Source of the DNA: Octopus sinensis
Lineage: Eukaryota
DNA: 64,000 nt
Reading direction: 5' to 3'
NCBI RefSeq assembly: GCF_006345805.1
Contig: NC_043010.1
Coordinates: 29,078,001 to 29,142,000 of the forward strand
This document shows positions 35,544-50,300 of the stretch, in pieces (the first letter of the stretch is position 1; every line of letters begins with the position of its first letter). Position numbers and translations under genes: made by a program. The notes under the pieces were generated by a model, which did no database searches, was not told where the DNA came from, and saw nothing but the letters and a program-made list of their open reading frames with translations.

Positions 35544-35795
35544 AATAGAAAAGAGTGAAACAACTACAGAAGGCTTGTTTTATAAGGTTAAAGAATATAT
35601 TTAAGTCGTTATGTTAGAAAAATGTTAGAAAATTTTGTGTATAGTAACATTTGAAAAGTTTACACGAAACCGGTTGTTTCTCCAAAAACTATGTTACTAT
35701 ACACAAAATTTTCTGAAATTTTTCTAACATAACGACTTAAATATATTCTTTAACCTTATAAAACAAGCCTTCTGTAGTTTTTTCACTCTTCTATT
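35544..35795. repeat. Inverted repeat, arms about 106 bp, 40-bp spacer
   Basis: aatagaaaagagtgaaacaactacagaaggc...gtatagtaacat (to 35650) versus atgttactatac...gccttctgtagttttttcactcttctatt (from 35691). Confidence 0.9.
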
Positions 35796-36269
35796 CTTAT
35801 ACATCCAACAACGTGCTTTCACACACCAATTTTCTCCAATATATATATATATATATATATAATATATATATATATAATATATTATTTCTTTTACTCTTTT
35901 ACTTGTTTCAGTCATTTGACTAAGGCCATGCTAGAGCACCGCCTTTAGTCGAGCAAATCGACCCCGGGACTTATTCTTTGTAAGCCCAGTACTTATTCTA
36001 TCGGTCTCTTTTGCCGAACCGCTAAGTAACGGGGAGTTCAAATTCCGCCGAGGTCGACTTTGCCTTTCATCCTCGGGGTCGATAAATTAAGTACCCGTTG
36101 CGTACTGGGGCCGATCTAATAGTCTGGTCACCTCTCAAAATCTTTTGGGCTTTGTGCCTCGAGTAGAAGAGAACATACTATCAGACGGCAGTCTTCAGTA
36201 TTATTCCCAAAGGTACCATGACCACAATATTTTATTCAATGCTGAATACGTATATATATATATATATAT

Positions 36270-36321
<52 letters not shown>

Positions 36322-36529
36322 GTGTGTGTGTGTTGTGTGTGCGTGTGTGTGTTACCTCATGAAACACGTGTCGCCAAGGAATAAAACAGTAAGTATTTAA
36401 AATAAAAAAAAAATTTTTTTTATTTGGTGAGAGAAGTGGGGTTTTATACTATCTCTAAAGTAAAATATATTCTTCATTGAGAATAATTTGAACCTCTGTT
36501 ATGCCGGAATTGTTATTCCCTAAAAAATA

Positions 36530-36562
<33 letters not shown>

Positions 36563-36590
36563 ATATATATATATTAATATACACATATAT

Positions 36591-36631
<41 letters not shown>

Positions 36632-36695
36632 AATGTATGTATATAATATATGTATATATATATGTATATATATATAATATATATATATACTATAT

Positions 36696-36729
<34 letters not shown>

Positions 36730-36929
36730 ATATTGTATATATATATCGTGCATATGTATATACAATATGCATATATATCCGTATGCATGTATAAATTTCA
36801 TAAATTCACAACACATCATATACAAGTATTATTTTCATTTACGCAAATTTACGCCTGTAAACTACCAGCAAAATAGGAAGAATCAGTATTAGAAATCTTT
36901 TTGGGAAACCTCGTTTAAAATTTAGCTGG

Positions 36930-37500
36930 GGCTAATGCAGTTTTGCACCTCTCCTTGAAAAATGCATTTCTTTTGAAAAAAATGTTTCGGGTTCCTACGT
37001 TTTAGATGTTGGAGATAACGAATATGCAAAAGAAAAAGATAGATAGATAAATAAATATATAGATGAAAAAGTTAAAAATTTTAAATTGTGGGAGGGGTGA
37101 AATTTGATCCCTTTATTAAACTTTATAACATTAATTATTAAACATTAATGTTTGTTTCTCATAGAATGGTGTATATTTAATTTACATTAAATTATTATTT
37201 ACGATTGTTTAAGGTAAGCACAAGTAAAACGCTAATTATTTTCAATGTAATGTTTTTGTCTGTATTGAATTTCGATTTGCATATGTTCGTCAATTCGCTA
37301 CGATCCCTTTAAAATAGACAAAAATCAAAAATTTAAATTATGAGGGAGGAAGGGAGGGAAGAGGTGTGTGTGTTTGGGGGGGTTATATAAAAAGTTTTTT
37401 GCATATTCATAATCTCCGATATCTAAAACGTAGGAAACCGAAAATACTTTTTTTTCAAAAAATGTATTTTTTAAGGAGAGGTACGAAACTGCATCAGGTA
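36930..37500. mobile_element. MITE-like element with ~100-bp imperfect TIRs
   Basis: atgcagttttgcacctctccttg..cctacgttttagatgttggagat..tatgcaaaa is the inverse of ttttgcatat..atctccgatatctaaaacgtagg..ggagaggtacgaaactgcat. Confidence 0.7.
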
Positions 37501-38056
37501 CAGGACATCACCAACGAGTGAAAAATACGTAAACGCATAATGAGAGACAAGTACGGGACAAAATACCAAAAAAGTCTAACCCCTCCTTAGTTGTCGACTG
37601 TTAATTACTCCCTATTTCGAGTTTTCAATGACAAGATAGGAAACTTTCATAAAACAGCATCATCCACAAATTTTAAAAATATAAAATTTGTGGAGTTTTA
37701 GTGCTTCAAACGAGCAAATTAACGACAGAGTGGACGTACAGAGTCGACGAAGACAAACATTAAGAGCCGTTAGGCCAAGACGCATTGTAATGGGTAATGC
37801 CTGGGAGAAATTTTGAAAGGATATTAGAATAAATTGAAGAGAAGAAAATAGTAGAAGAGAAAAAAATGCGAAAAATGCCGGGAGGCGAGAAAAATGAAGT
37901 CCAGCTAAATGGACGTCACGTCTAGAAAAGGTGAAGGTGGGAGAAATGCTCTGTAGTAACGAGGGAGCAAACAGGTAGGTGGCAACGGGGCACAAGAGAG
38001 AGGATGAGGGGAAAAACAAAGGGAATGAGTAGAAGGGAGAAGGAACGAAAAATATT

Positions 38057-38106
<50 letters not shown>

Positions 38107-38689
38107 GTATGTATAGTATTATGTATGTATGTATATATATATATAGTATATATATATATATAATGTTGATGAATTGTCAACAGAAACAGAGGAGAGATTC
38201 CTAACAGCTAACTAAATATGCAACCATTATTTTAATATAAGAGGTGGTTAGATTCACCAAAGTACAAAAGTTTGACAAATATAACACAGAAGCAGTCACT
38301 CGAAGAAGAACATCAAAGATAAATTCAGGTAAAATTGAATTTAAAGACTGTCGCTTTCTGAATCGTAATTTTGAGATCTGAGTTGCAGGAAGTAAAATTT
38401 TATTTTAAAAGATACAGAAATACAAAAATATCAGAGTCAAGAGCGAAGTCAGAGTGATATCATCATAGAAAATTGGTGAATATATTTTGCGCGTAAAATG
38501 AAGGCCGACACGGTTGAGTGAACATGTTTAGTTACAATAAAGGTAGTCTAAATTTAATCTGCCAGGTGGAGAGTGGACAGGAGTCATTTGTATGTAGTCC
38601 AGTGGTTAAAGTTTAGCTACTAAATTTAGGTTGTTAGCTGTGTCGGTTCCTAATGTTAAGTGGTAGAACGGGTTTTGTATGTGAATATT

Positions 38690-39420
38690 ATTTGTGTATG
38701 TACTCTGTTAAAGGTTGTTAAGTTTTGGTTTGCACTTTTGTATGAAAGTGTTTTCTTTGTTTATCCTTACTTCATCTGTGATATTCATAGGTAGAGTGGT
38801 AGGATCTGGAATTTGGGGGATTTAGTTTTTGCACATATGTCTATGTTCCCACTAAGTGGAATCTGTCTAGTACTGGGATTTTGTATTTGTTGTCGGTGAA
38901 TGGTCAGTTTATTTCTTAGAGTAAACTGTGTTTGACCTATGTAATCTTCTTAAATCTGTGACATAGCCTATATTAAATTCCTTGAAGAACATGTAAAATT
39001 ATTTTTTACGGTAAAAAGTTGTCCTGAGTTGAATCTGTATGTTGTATCTTCGATAAGGTTGATGCAAGTCCCGCAATTGAGCCAGCCACACGTTTTGACT
39101 ATTGGTGTGAGAATTGTGGAAGGTAATTTAGCGCTAGAGAGGAATTTTTGAAGGACTTTGATTGTCATTTGTGTATTTCGAATGCTTGTTTCATTCTTGG
39201 GTCTTGTCTTAGTTGTGAGGTTTTCTAGTGGATGATATTGTGAACATCTGTGTTTCTTGGGTTGAGTGTTGTAATTAAGGGTAGAGTATTGGATGTATGT
39301 GGAGTGTTTTTTCATTCATCGTAGTTCTTGGATATTTATTGCTTTGGCACATTCTATTGCGTTATTTATTAACATGAATGGATATTGTAATTTAAATAGT
39401 ATTTGTTTTAGTTCCTGGAG
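38690..39420 (-). mobile_element. PLE fragment (Cys linker plus GIY-YIG, Neptune-like)
   Basis: KTCGWLNCGTC..NNFTCSSRNLI* followed by DYIGQTQFTLRNKLTIHRQQI..IPLSGNIDIC. A ~48-bp inverted repeat flanks it (38476-38523 vs 39428-39476). Confidence 0.85.
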
Positions 39421-39953
39421 TCTTTTATTGTTCACTCAACCACGTTGGCCTTTATTTTACGCGCAAAATATACTCTCACGTGACTCTAACGCACGGACGT
39501 AGCAGGAGACATTCAACAGATTCTAAACTTACGTGTTCATTCTCTACAAACACTTGACAGAAAACATTCAGAACATTGATTGTTTGGTGCTGTCACTAGA
39601 CATGTTCAGTCAACCGACGCCAAATATTGTTACTTGATACTAAAACACGGACGTAATGGGGAAATCTACAAAAATTTCTAAGACCAGTCAAGTGGCTATC
39701 CTCAACCAATCAAGTCATGAACTCCCTATAAAAATAGGGCAAGCTTCAAACATTAGTCAGAAGCAAGGCAGCTGTGACATAAGCCATTTATTTCTATTTA
39801 AACTTTTTGAAAATCAGTGTAAACTGTGAAACTGGTTAAATCTTTAAATATTAAAATACAAAAATATTTCAATTAATCTCAGTGCATTTTCAACTTCTAT
39901 TTTTCCCATATTTCTACTCGTGTCCAATAAATTAATTTTGCTTTTTCTCTGTC

Positions 39954-40017
<64 letters not shown>

Positions 40018-40737
40018 GCATATGTAGACACACATACACACATATATATGAATGTATGTATAATGCATATATGTATATATGTATACATATATATATATAT
40101 ATAAAAGTAAATAAATGGTACAACGAAGCACCGATATTTACTGGAAAATAGCAATCGTAATAAATACGACGCTATTGTATAGCTTCACTGCGTATATACT
40201 AGCAAAGACGCGTGTGTGCAACAAACATGAAAAAAAATTGTCTTACCTCTAGGAAGAACATCTGATAAATGGAAAACCTAGAATCGGATAATGCAGGACC
40301 GGTTTCTGACTCTTCAAATACGTTTGACAACGTAGATTTGATTAGACTTAATCAGCTGCATTTACCTAGACAAAATTTCAAATGTTGCCACATCTATGCC
40401 AGTACACTCGTCTGAACGCCAAAACGTTAACAGAACGATAACAATGAAGAAGTTTCAATGAAAATAATAATGCAATACGAATGTATTACTTTCCAGTAAA
40501 AGATAGCCCGTAAGGGTAAATTATACATATAAAAGTAAATAAATGGTACAACGAGGCGCCGATATTTACTGGAAAATATGCCTGTCATAATTCCAAACAG
40601 GAATTCTCCGCATGAGAAGGAGACGTAATTTCAAAAACCAAGAATTTTTCGAAGTTCAAGTGTAATTAAAAAGACAAGCGTATAACCTTAAGATAATCGG
40701 TCGTTCGTAACTATGTGTTTCTGCATAAATAGGCGTG

Positions 40738-40778
<41 letters not shown>

Positions 40779-40809
40779 GCGTGTTTGTGTGTGTGCATGT
40801 GTGTGTGGA

Positions 40810-40851
<42 letters not shown>

Positions 40852-41698
40852 TGAGTGTGTTATGTGTTGCACTTTTCCCTTTGCTACTGGTGACAAGGTT
40901 GGATAGCGGTCATAATGATCATGTCTATTTATGCAGAAACACATGGTTACGAACAAAGATTGGTATTATTATGGTACTATAAAAGGCGATGAGCTGGCAG
41001 AATCGTTAATACGTCGGGCAAAAAGCTTTGGGGAACTTCGCCTGTCTTTATGTTCTGAATTCAAATCTGCTTAGGTCGACTTTGCCTTTCATTGCTTTCG
41101 GGGTCAATAAAATAAGTACCAGTTGAACAATGGAGTCGATGTGATCGACTTAGCCCCACCCTCGGACTTTCTGGCCTTGTGCCAAAATTTGAAACCTTTA
41201 TTATGATGCAATATATAATGAATACCTGCTGGAATTTTAATATCAGACTTTCAATTGAGCAGTAGGGTAATAAATGACATGGTCTTCATAATTTTTGCAT
41301 ATAAAGCTGTTCGATTTTACATTTTATGAATTAATTTTATTCCTAATAATGTTAATAATCTCGAAAATGCTATTGATTTTTGGTGTGTTTATGAAAACCC
41401 AGTACCTTATAAATATAACATATTGGGGAAAACAGTTGCGTATCTTCATTGAAAGTAAATGATACTAAATATGGTTTGACGTGATCATCAACTCAAATAT
41501 TAGATTAACTTCGAAATAAGGGCTCCTGCATCTTTGACCTCGTACAGTCCCTATTGACTGACTTTTCTAAACTTGAAATAAAGTTATTTCATAGGTCCTA
41601 ACAAATTAAACTGCTGCATTAATTTAAAATGAATAGTTCCCGGGAAACATACTGCAAGGGAGTAAAATAAAATGTGTTTATATATACGTTTATGTAAG

Positions 41699-41775
<77 letters not shown>

Positions 41776-42611
41776 GTGTGTATGTGTATGTGTGTGTATG
41801 TGTGTGTGTGTGTGTGTATATACATATATTTAATAATAGTATGACAACAAAAGAATGAATGAGACCTCGATATTATGTAAAATAGAGGAATTTATCTATA
41901 AATGTAATATGTGACAATTGGTTGTCATAATAAAACTCAGAGTTTCGGATGCCGGGGCTGAAGTCTGCTCCGGCATCTCATACTGGTGCTGACTAATGCC
42001 CTCAGTCACTTTAGTGACGTATGTATATATGTGTGTACGTGTGTGTGTATGTATCGTGTATGTATGCATGTATGTATGCATATATATATATATTTATATA
42101 CACATATGTATATACATATATTTATGTATGTATTTATATATATATATATATATATACATACATACATACATACATACATACATACATACATGTCTATAGA
42201 TCGTTGAGATGGTGCGTTGGCTGAACTGTTAATGCATATACGCATGTTTGTGCATCTATTCATATAAGCATTTCAGATGGACACTTTTCGAAATGTCTTA
42301 CAAATCTTCACTGTGTCACTAATTGATTGTGTTCGGAGAATCCGTATCAGTTTCTAGGCTTTTATGAGAATTTGTAGGTACATAACCTAATGCACGTATG
42401 ACGAAAGGTACAAATGAGAATAAATAATCCGGGTACAAGAGTTGTAAGTTCCACGTTAATTCACCATAAATCTTCTCTTTTTCCTGGACTTCGTATGTAT
42501 GTATGTATGTATGTATGTATGTATGTATGTATGTATGTATGTATGTATGTATGTATGTAGGTAGGTATGTATGTATGCATGTATTTATGTATGTATGTAC
42601 GTCAGTTTGAA

Positions 42612-42935
42612 GGCGCAAGCTCGGTAGTTAGAGCGTCGAGCTTACGATCGTGTGGTTGTGAGTTCGAATCCCAGACCGGGCTGCGTGTTGTGTTCTTGAG
42701 CAAGACACTTTATTTCACGTTGCTTCAGTTCACTCAGCTGTAGAAATGAGTTGCGACGTCACAGGTGCCAAGCTGTATCTGCTGTTGCCTTTCCTTTGGA
42801 TAACACTGGTGGCGTAGAGAGGGAAGGCCGGTATGCATGGGAGACTGCTGGTCTTCCATAAACAACCTTGCCCGGACTTGTGCCTAGGAGGGTAACTTTC
42901 TAGGTGCAATCCCACGGTCAGTCATGACCGAAAGG
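42612..42935 (+). mobile_element. tRNA-derived SINE family C
   Basis: tRNA-like head gctcggtagttagagcg..gagttcgaatccc followed by the ttgagcaagacactttatttcacgttg body shared with 14659-14981. Confidence 0.85.
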
Positions 42936-43354
42936 CGTCTCAGCATCTACGTATGTGAGTTATGTGGATGTATGTGATTTATTTGGATGTACTTGGTATT
43001 ACTATGCATTAAACAAGAGGAAACGTACAAGATTTGCTGAGTAAAGAATTATTATGGCAATTGTAGCGTACAATATTTTACAGTGACCAGTGGCTTTAAT
43101 CCTCGGACTAGGAAAAAGTTTTGATAAAAGCATGTTCTATTCTTGGTTGATTGATCACCTGCAGATGTTTTGGTGGCGTGCATAAAATAGTTGATGTGGT
43201 GGTGGTGGTGGTGGTGGTGGTGGTGGTGGTGGTGGTGGTGGTGGTGGAGTTGTTTTTTAATGATAGTTCTTGGTTTTTATCTGTGAATGTATGGTTGTGT
43301 AAGTAGATACTCTCACGTGATGAAGCAGTAGTAGAAGTATTATTATTATTATTA

Positions 43355-43447
<93 letters not shown>

Positions 43448-43835
43448 CTACAACAGAAAACAGAATTAAATGATATAACATAAGAATCATTCGTTTCAAG
43501 CGGCGTTATAAATTAACGAGTGAGATTATCTTTACTCTGAAAGAGTATCTTGGTTTGGAGGCTATTGTTTAGAGAAGTGAAGCAAACATATATTTATTAA
43601 GAGAGTGTTTATGTATGGAGAGAGGGAAGGGAGGGAAAGATAGATAGATAGAGAGAGAGAGAGAGAGGGAGGGGGATAAAGAGAGAAAGAAAGAGACAGA
43701 GAGAGTGCGGACATAGCTTGTTTCAAATGTACACTTTAGAAATCTAAGAACACACGCACGTAGATATATACATTATTCATTAGTTTACTGCTTACACGTG
43801 TGTGTGTGTGTATATTATATATATATAAATATATA

Positions 43836-44420
43836 TATCTCTTATTATAAAAGGCAGATTTTATCTGCCTCCCTTTGTCTCTTATAGAAATCTACAATAT
43901 AGGATTTCTTCAATTACAATTTACCTAGCATTTTTAAGAGTAGAATAAATCGGGTCGTGCCAGGTCCAGTTTTTAAAATTTCAACCCCAATTAAGCAAAA
44001 TTTAGAGAAAACTCACATTGTGGTGTGTAAGTCAAGGGCTTTTCTTAGTGTGGGCACACGCACACGCACACACACAAAAACGGAGCGATCTGCTTCACTG
44101 ATGCTATCACCCTAATTTCTCCTCCTTTCTCTTTGCAAACGTGCAACGATTAAAATGAAAGTATTTATATAAAACAAGAGAAGTGTACCTTAAACCACTA
44201 CTCCAAAAAAAAACAACACAGCAAACAGAAACAAATAAATACATAACGATTTACTAAAAACACAATTTCTTCAATTAGAGTTTACCTAAGATTTTTCAAA
44301 GTACTTCCATTCGGTCATGGCATACAAAATTTCTTTCAATTTCACCCCCATTTCAGAAAAAATTCGAGAAAACTCAATGTTTTACCATTTCACTCTGCAT
44401 ATTACTCCCACTTCCTCTTT
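43836..44420 (+). mobile_element. Helitron-like 5' portion with internal ~370-bp diverged tandem subrepeat
   Basis: tctcttattataaaaggcag start; ttcttcaatta..tttaccta..gagaaaactca block occurs near 43905 and near 44268. Confidence 0.5.
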
Positions 44421-44940
44421 ACACACATAGACACGCAAATATATAAATAAAATTGTAAGCTAACGTGTGTGTGTGTGTGTGTGTGTGCGTGTGTGAGTGT
44501 GTGGGTGTGTGTGTGCGTGTGTGTGTGTGTGAGGGTGCGTGTGTGTCTGTGTGTGTGCGTGCGTGCGTGTGTGTGAGTGTGTGACAGGGATGAGCAAGTC
44601 AAACTGGTCATCCTTTTTGCTAGATCACCTAACATCTAAAGTTATCTCTAAGTAGCAGTCGCCCAAAAGTGTATATAGACACACACATGTATGTATAATG
44701 TGTGTGTATATATTTCCATAGAGGTAACCATTCACTCCATACAAAGTTATTTAGGACGAATTGGACGAATATAAGATCTAAAGTATATCCAAGTAGCAGA
44801 AAGATCGCCCAAAAGTGTATATAGATATTTAAATGTATTTATATATTCATCTATACACACATGTATGTATAATGTGTGTGTATATATTTCCATAGAGGTA
44901 ACCATTCACTCCGCACAAAGTTTTTTAAAACGGACGAAAA

Positions 44941-45787
44941 TCTTTATATATAAAAGAAAGGTTGTGTGTCTGTCTACTCCGATTTAGATTCCTAACTACT
45001 CCTACATTTTGCGATGCAGTTTAACCAAAACCGAGTATCTTATAGTCGTGATTCATATCGAGCCCTTCTGGGTATTAGCGCGCGTCTACGATGAGTCTAC
45101 GATTTTACAAATAATTTACCATCATTTTCTCCCATTTTAATGCATATTTTTTTTAATAAAGGGAAGTAACTCTCAAACTTCACACCAATATGCGTGCTCA
45201 TATGCGACGTAATATCACATCAGCAGCATTTCCTCACACCATCCTTGCACTTGGCGAAGGCAAAATACCAGGGGATGAAAATGGTAATATTGCCATCGAT
45301 TCCATTTGTACCATTGTTAAGACGCCTTCTGATCTCAGAGATGCAGTGTTCCAAGATCTACAAGCTAATTATCAGAATATGGATTGGATTGGCCAAAAGG
45401 CTATACTGGCCCCGAGGAATAAAACTGTTCACCATATTAATGATGAAATGCTAAAACTCATTCCTGGGGAAGTCTATGTATATCAGTTTATCGATACAAC
45501 TCCTGACCCAGAGGACGTCATCAACTATCCAATAGAGGTACTCAATTCCTTTGAGCACCCCGGACTAACACCACACATTCTCAAACTTAAAGTTGGTGCC
45601 CCTATAATGCTCATCAGAAATTTGGTTCCCCCAAAACAATGCAATGGCACACGTTTGATCGTTAAGTCCTTATCTCCCACCGTAAACTTATATCAATATT
45701 TGCCTGAATAATCATCATAATTCAGTGCAATCATTAACAGTACTTTCAAGCAATTCAGCCCCGAGCAACGCCGGGCAATTCTGCTAG
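44941..45787 (+). mobile_element. Internally deleted Helitron retaining a Pif1-like helicase fragment (ORF 45190-45711)
   Basis: TC start tctttatatataaaag; KAILAPRNKTVHHIN, YPIEVLNS..PPH-like TPHILKLKVGAPIMLIRNL..QCNGTRLIV; 3' hairpin plus CTAG (45784-45787). Confidence 0.9.
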
Positions 45788-46159
45788 TATATATATAAAT
45801 GCAAATTGTATGTAGATATTAAGTAGTTCATGCGCATGAATAATTGAAAATAACAATTTTAGGTTGAGGAATACATTTCGATGCATATATATATTTATTT
45901 GATAATTTATATAATGCATATGTGTGATTATGCAAATACGTGTGAGTGTGTGTATGTGTATGTGTGTGAGTGTGTGTGTGTGTGTATGTGCATGTGAATA
46001 TACATATACATTCATATAAGTGTCTGTATAAATGCGTGTATCCATATATTTATTTATGTGTGGTTGTGTTTTTGTACCAATCGGCGATTTTCTATGTATA
46101 TGTACGCATGTGTTTTTTAGACCCCCAAAATGTACTTTTGTTTCGAACATGAACCCTTT

Positions 46160-46203
<44 letters not shown>

Positions 46204-47364
46204 AAATACACACGCACACCCTACTAAAGAACTGTCAACTATTCAACCCAAGGCATCTCTAGCAAAATAAAACAAACAAATAAATAGGTTAATGTGACAA
46301 TTAATGGCACCAATTTGAAAGAGAAATACTTGTGATAGTCCTGTTTCTCGACTAATTACTATTCTAAAAACAAACTGACTTTCATGTTCAAAAATTATAT
46401 GTGTCGTCTTAACGTAGATGTATGTAGTCAGTAGTGAGTAATGTATGTATAATATATATACATTCATATACACACATACATACATATACAACCACAAACA
46501 CACACACACACACAGATATAGGTGCGTAAGGTATTTGAGGAATATCTTTTTGATGTCATTGCTGTATTTTTTGCTAACTCTTTGTTTCAGAAAATAATAA
46601 TGCCAGACCCTCAGCTTACTCAAGAAATGAAGATCCTTGCTGTTATTGTGGTTATAAAGTCTGAGCATAATGATTTAGAAATATCTCAAGTTTTAAAAGT
46701 TTCCTGATCTTTCAACTACAAAGTTTGAAAGAAGTAGGAGACTGAAGATGGAAACGTCTCACCAGTATCAAAGCATAAAAAGTATTTTAAACGCTCTGAA
46801 ATCATTAGAACATCTGAATTTATCCAGCAAGTTCAACAGACCATTGATTACAATCCCAGAAAGACCATAAGGTCAATTGCAAAAGATCTCCATGCGTCAG
46901 AAGGAACAGTCAGAAATGTTGTGTACGAAGATATCAGATATAAGTCTTATATGATGAGGAAAGGTCAATTTGTCCGAAAGAGAAAAAGAAAATTACATCA
47001 GATCCAAAAGGCTCTTAAACAAACAGAAAAATCCAGGAGAAGAAGATTTGATTTTTTTTTTCAAACGAGAAAAACTTCGACAAAGATCAAAAAGTTAACA
47101 GAAGAAATGACAGATGGTTAAGTGAAGACCCTTCTGAAGTTCCAAGTGTTATGCATACAAAGTTTCCTGTTACTGTTATTAAGAGTTGTCAGCAATGAAG
47201 GACATATGATACCTCCTTACTTCTCTCCATAAGGCTTTAGAGTTAACTCTGCCGACTACATTGAGGTCCTGCAAGCAATTGTTAAGCCCAAGATAGACAG
47301 TGTATGCAATAGAAGGCCACATGTGTTTCAGTAAGACCCTGCTCTATCACACACGACTCTAGTA

Positions 47365-50300
47365 CAGTGGTTCCTAAACCGTGCGCCGCGGCGCACTGGT
47401 ACGCTGCAAGATGTTATTAGGTGCAAATCGAATAAGTAAGATTATATTTCAAAATATGAAATATATAAACCGAAATTCACTAGAAAGTTTATATATCAGG
47501 TCATCCCATAAGTTCTGTCCGATTTTACCTTTTCTAAAATTGAATGAAATTTAATCGTATTTTAGACTGTCTAATGGAATTAAAAATGCATTTGTGTACA
47601 TTTAAACTAATTAAATGTTATTTTACAGAATAATAGGAATAAAATTTCTAACCTGGAAGTATCCAAAGAGCATTTAAGGCACATAATGCTTTATGAGTAC
47701 AAAAAAGGAATCTCTGCAGCCGAAGCGACTCGAAACATGCACTCAGTTTATGGGAAAGAATGCTGGAATGAAAGAACTTGCAGAAGATGGTTTGCAAAAT
47801 TCAGAAGTGGAGATTTTAGACTTGAAGATGAAGATCGAGCAGGACGTCCATTTGAGTTTGATGATAAGCTCTTTGAGGCATTACTGGAAGAAAATCCTGC
47901 ATTATCAGTTGAAGAATTGGCAATAAAGCTTAGTTCAAACCATACAACTGTTCATCGTCATCTTCAACAACTTGGAATGGTTTCTAAACTTGGAAAATAG
48001 GTGCCTCATGAATTGTCCGAATCCAACCGCAAATCCCGGGTTGACATCTGCTCTTCTCCCCATTCTCGCGAACTCATTTCACCCTTTTTCGATAGACTTG
48101 TGACTGGTAATGAAAAATGGATCTTCTATCGAAATGTTAAACGTCGTAAACAGTGGCTTGGTAAAAGGGAAAAAGCTCAACCACAACAACCATGGGGAAA
48201 AGATTCTTCTCTCTATCTGGTGGGATTGCAAAGGAGTAATTCACTTTTAATTGTTACCACCTAATGAAACAATCAATGCTCAAGTCTACTATCAGCAATT
48301 AGCTTTGAAGAAAAAAGACCTGCTTTAGTGAATCGAAAAGGAGTGATGCTTCATCAGGACAATGTGTGACCCCACACTGCAAAGATCACATCACAGAAAA
48401 TCGAAGAGCTTGGTTGGGAAAAATTCCTCATCCACTTATTCTCCCGACCTTGCTCCTTCAGACTATCATTTGTTTCGTAGTTTACCGAATCATTTGGGGG
48501 ACATAACTTTGGCAAGCCAGGAGGAGGTCGAAACTGACATTTCAGAGTTCTTCGCTTTGAAATCAAAAGAGTTTTACAGTGATGGGATTAAAAAGCTTGT
48601 AAAAAGATGGAAGGAAGTCATAGATAATCAGGGAAAGTACATTGATGATTAAATTTCAATTAAATATAACATTTGATCACTTGTTTTCTTTATTGGAAAT
48701 TCGGACAGAACTTATGGGATGACCTGATATAAATGTTAACGTGGCAAAAAAACTAAATACTATGTCTAAACTAAGAATGAGAGGTGGTTGTGTCATTCAA
48801 TTCATTTAGGCTAATTATGGTATGACAGTGTTATTCGATTTTGAATGTGAAATTTCATAAGGATAAGAAGTAAATTAGCATCAATCTATCCTCGAAATTG
48901 ACGTCTTATGGACATATTCAGTACATGACTGTTTCAGTTTATTTTGGTCGTAGCCTCAGCAGTTTTCATTTCAATAATAAGTGTGGAAAATAAACCATTG
49001 AACTCAAATATACGATGTTGAACTAAATCTTTTAATACGTCATCGCGTATTGCGGCTATATTTCAATTTTTTTTCATTCATGTAGTGAAAAGAATTTTCA
49101 TCAATATCTATAAAGCTGAAATGCGAAGAAGTTCTTTGATTTCTTGGTTGTTTGTCTCATTTTGGGATGGGAACGTTTTAAGGGGGTCGGATTAACGCCA
49201 AAATTTACAGGGACATGTAAAGAGAGGCGAGGAAGCGACTGGACTAGGTTAGAAACTCCTATCTCAAAAGCTGTGGTTACTAGGGCAACAAAACCCAGAC
49301 TTTGACAAGTGTTTGTCGTTTCTCTCTTTTGGATATCACCCTGTCTTCCTCGATCTCTCTCTTTCCTTCCTTCTCTCCACTTCCTCTCTATAACGACGTT
49401 TGACACCTTCCACTCGCATTCCCTCTCCGCCTTCACCGTCTCTCTGTCACTCTTTCTTCCACCACCTATCTCACTGTACGTCTGTCTGTATCTATAGAGA
49501 GAAAGCGTTGACATCCGAAAAAGTTTAAATATTCCCGCCACAGGTCTTTTAGAACGGTGAATTATTATCGCCCCCCACCCCGCACAATCATAACAGATAT
49601 TATTAATCAAATATATTGTGTTAATTTATATATATGTGCATATAAATCAATATCTATAAAGCTGAAATGCAAAAACGTTGTTTGATTTCTTGGTTATTTG
49701 TCTCATTTTGGGATGGGAACGGTTTAAGGGGCGGCAGATGAGGTCGGATTGGCGCCAAAATTTACACTGGGGGTAAAATGGGGTGGGCAATGGTGTGAGG
49801 AAGGTTGCAAGTCGCTCGGGGCTACCATTTGATTGCCATGGTGAGGAATATGGGAAAAATTGAGTTTTATGGGATAGACAGGTTGCGCTGTTTAAATAAT
49901 GGTAGCTTTTCGTGTTGCTGCAGGGGCTAGAGGCGGTTATCTTTAATTATGGGTGTAAAAATTTGGGGGATTTTGGAATAAGGGTAAAGAAGAGGGCAAT
50001 TAAAAGAACCAGGCAAAGAAGACGAACAAAATAAGAAAGGGAAAAGGAGACAACACGCACAAAACACCACCACCAAAACCCGAGCGAAGCACGGATCAAA
50101 ATAGCTAGTCTTTCCAATTAATTTTGAAAGACTTCTCAAAAGAATCAGATAATATGTGACACGCTGCCACTTTTCGCAGCTCAATGGTCATTTGTTTCAG
50201 TTTTAATTTGACTCTGTTAATAATCTGTGCTTTTTGTGCGAGACAATTCATATTAAATCCATATTAAAATGGAAAAGTTTATTAAGAGGAAACATAACCG

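Noticed and set aside
42612-42690. tRNA gene-like sequence (also 14910-14981, 3304-3375)
   Set aside because: Cloverleaf pairing is poor and each continues into a shared SINE body; these are SINE heads, not tRNA genes.
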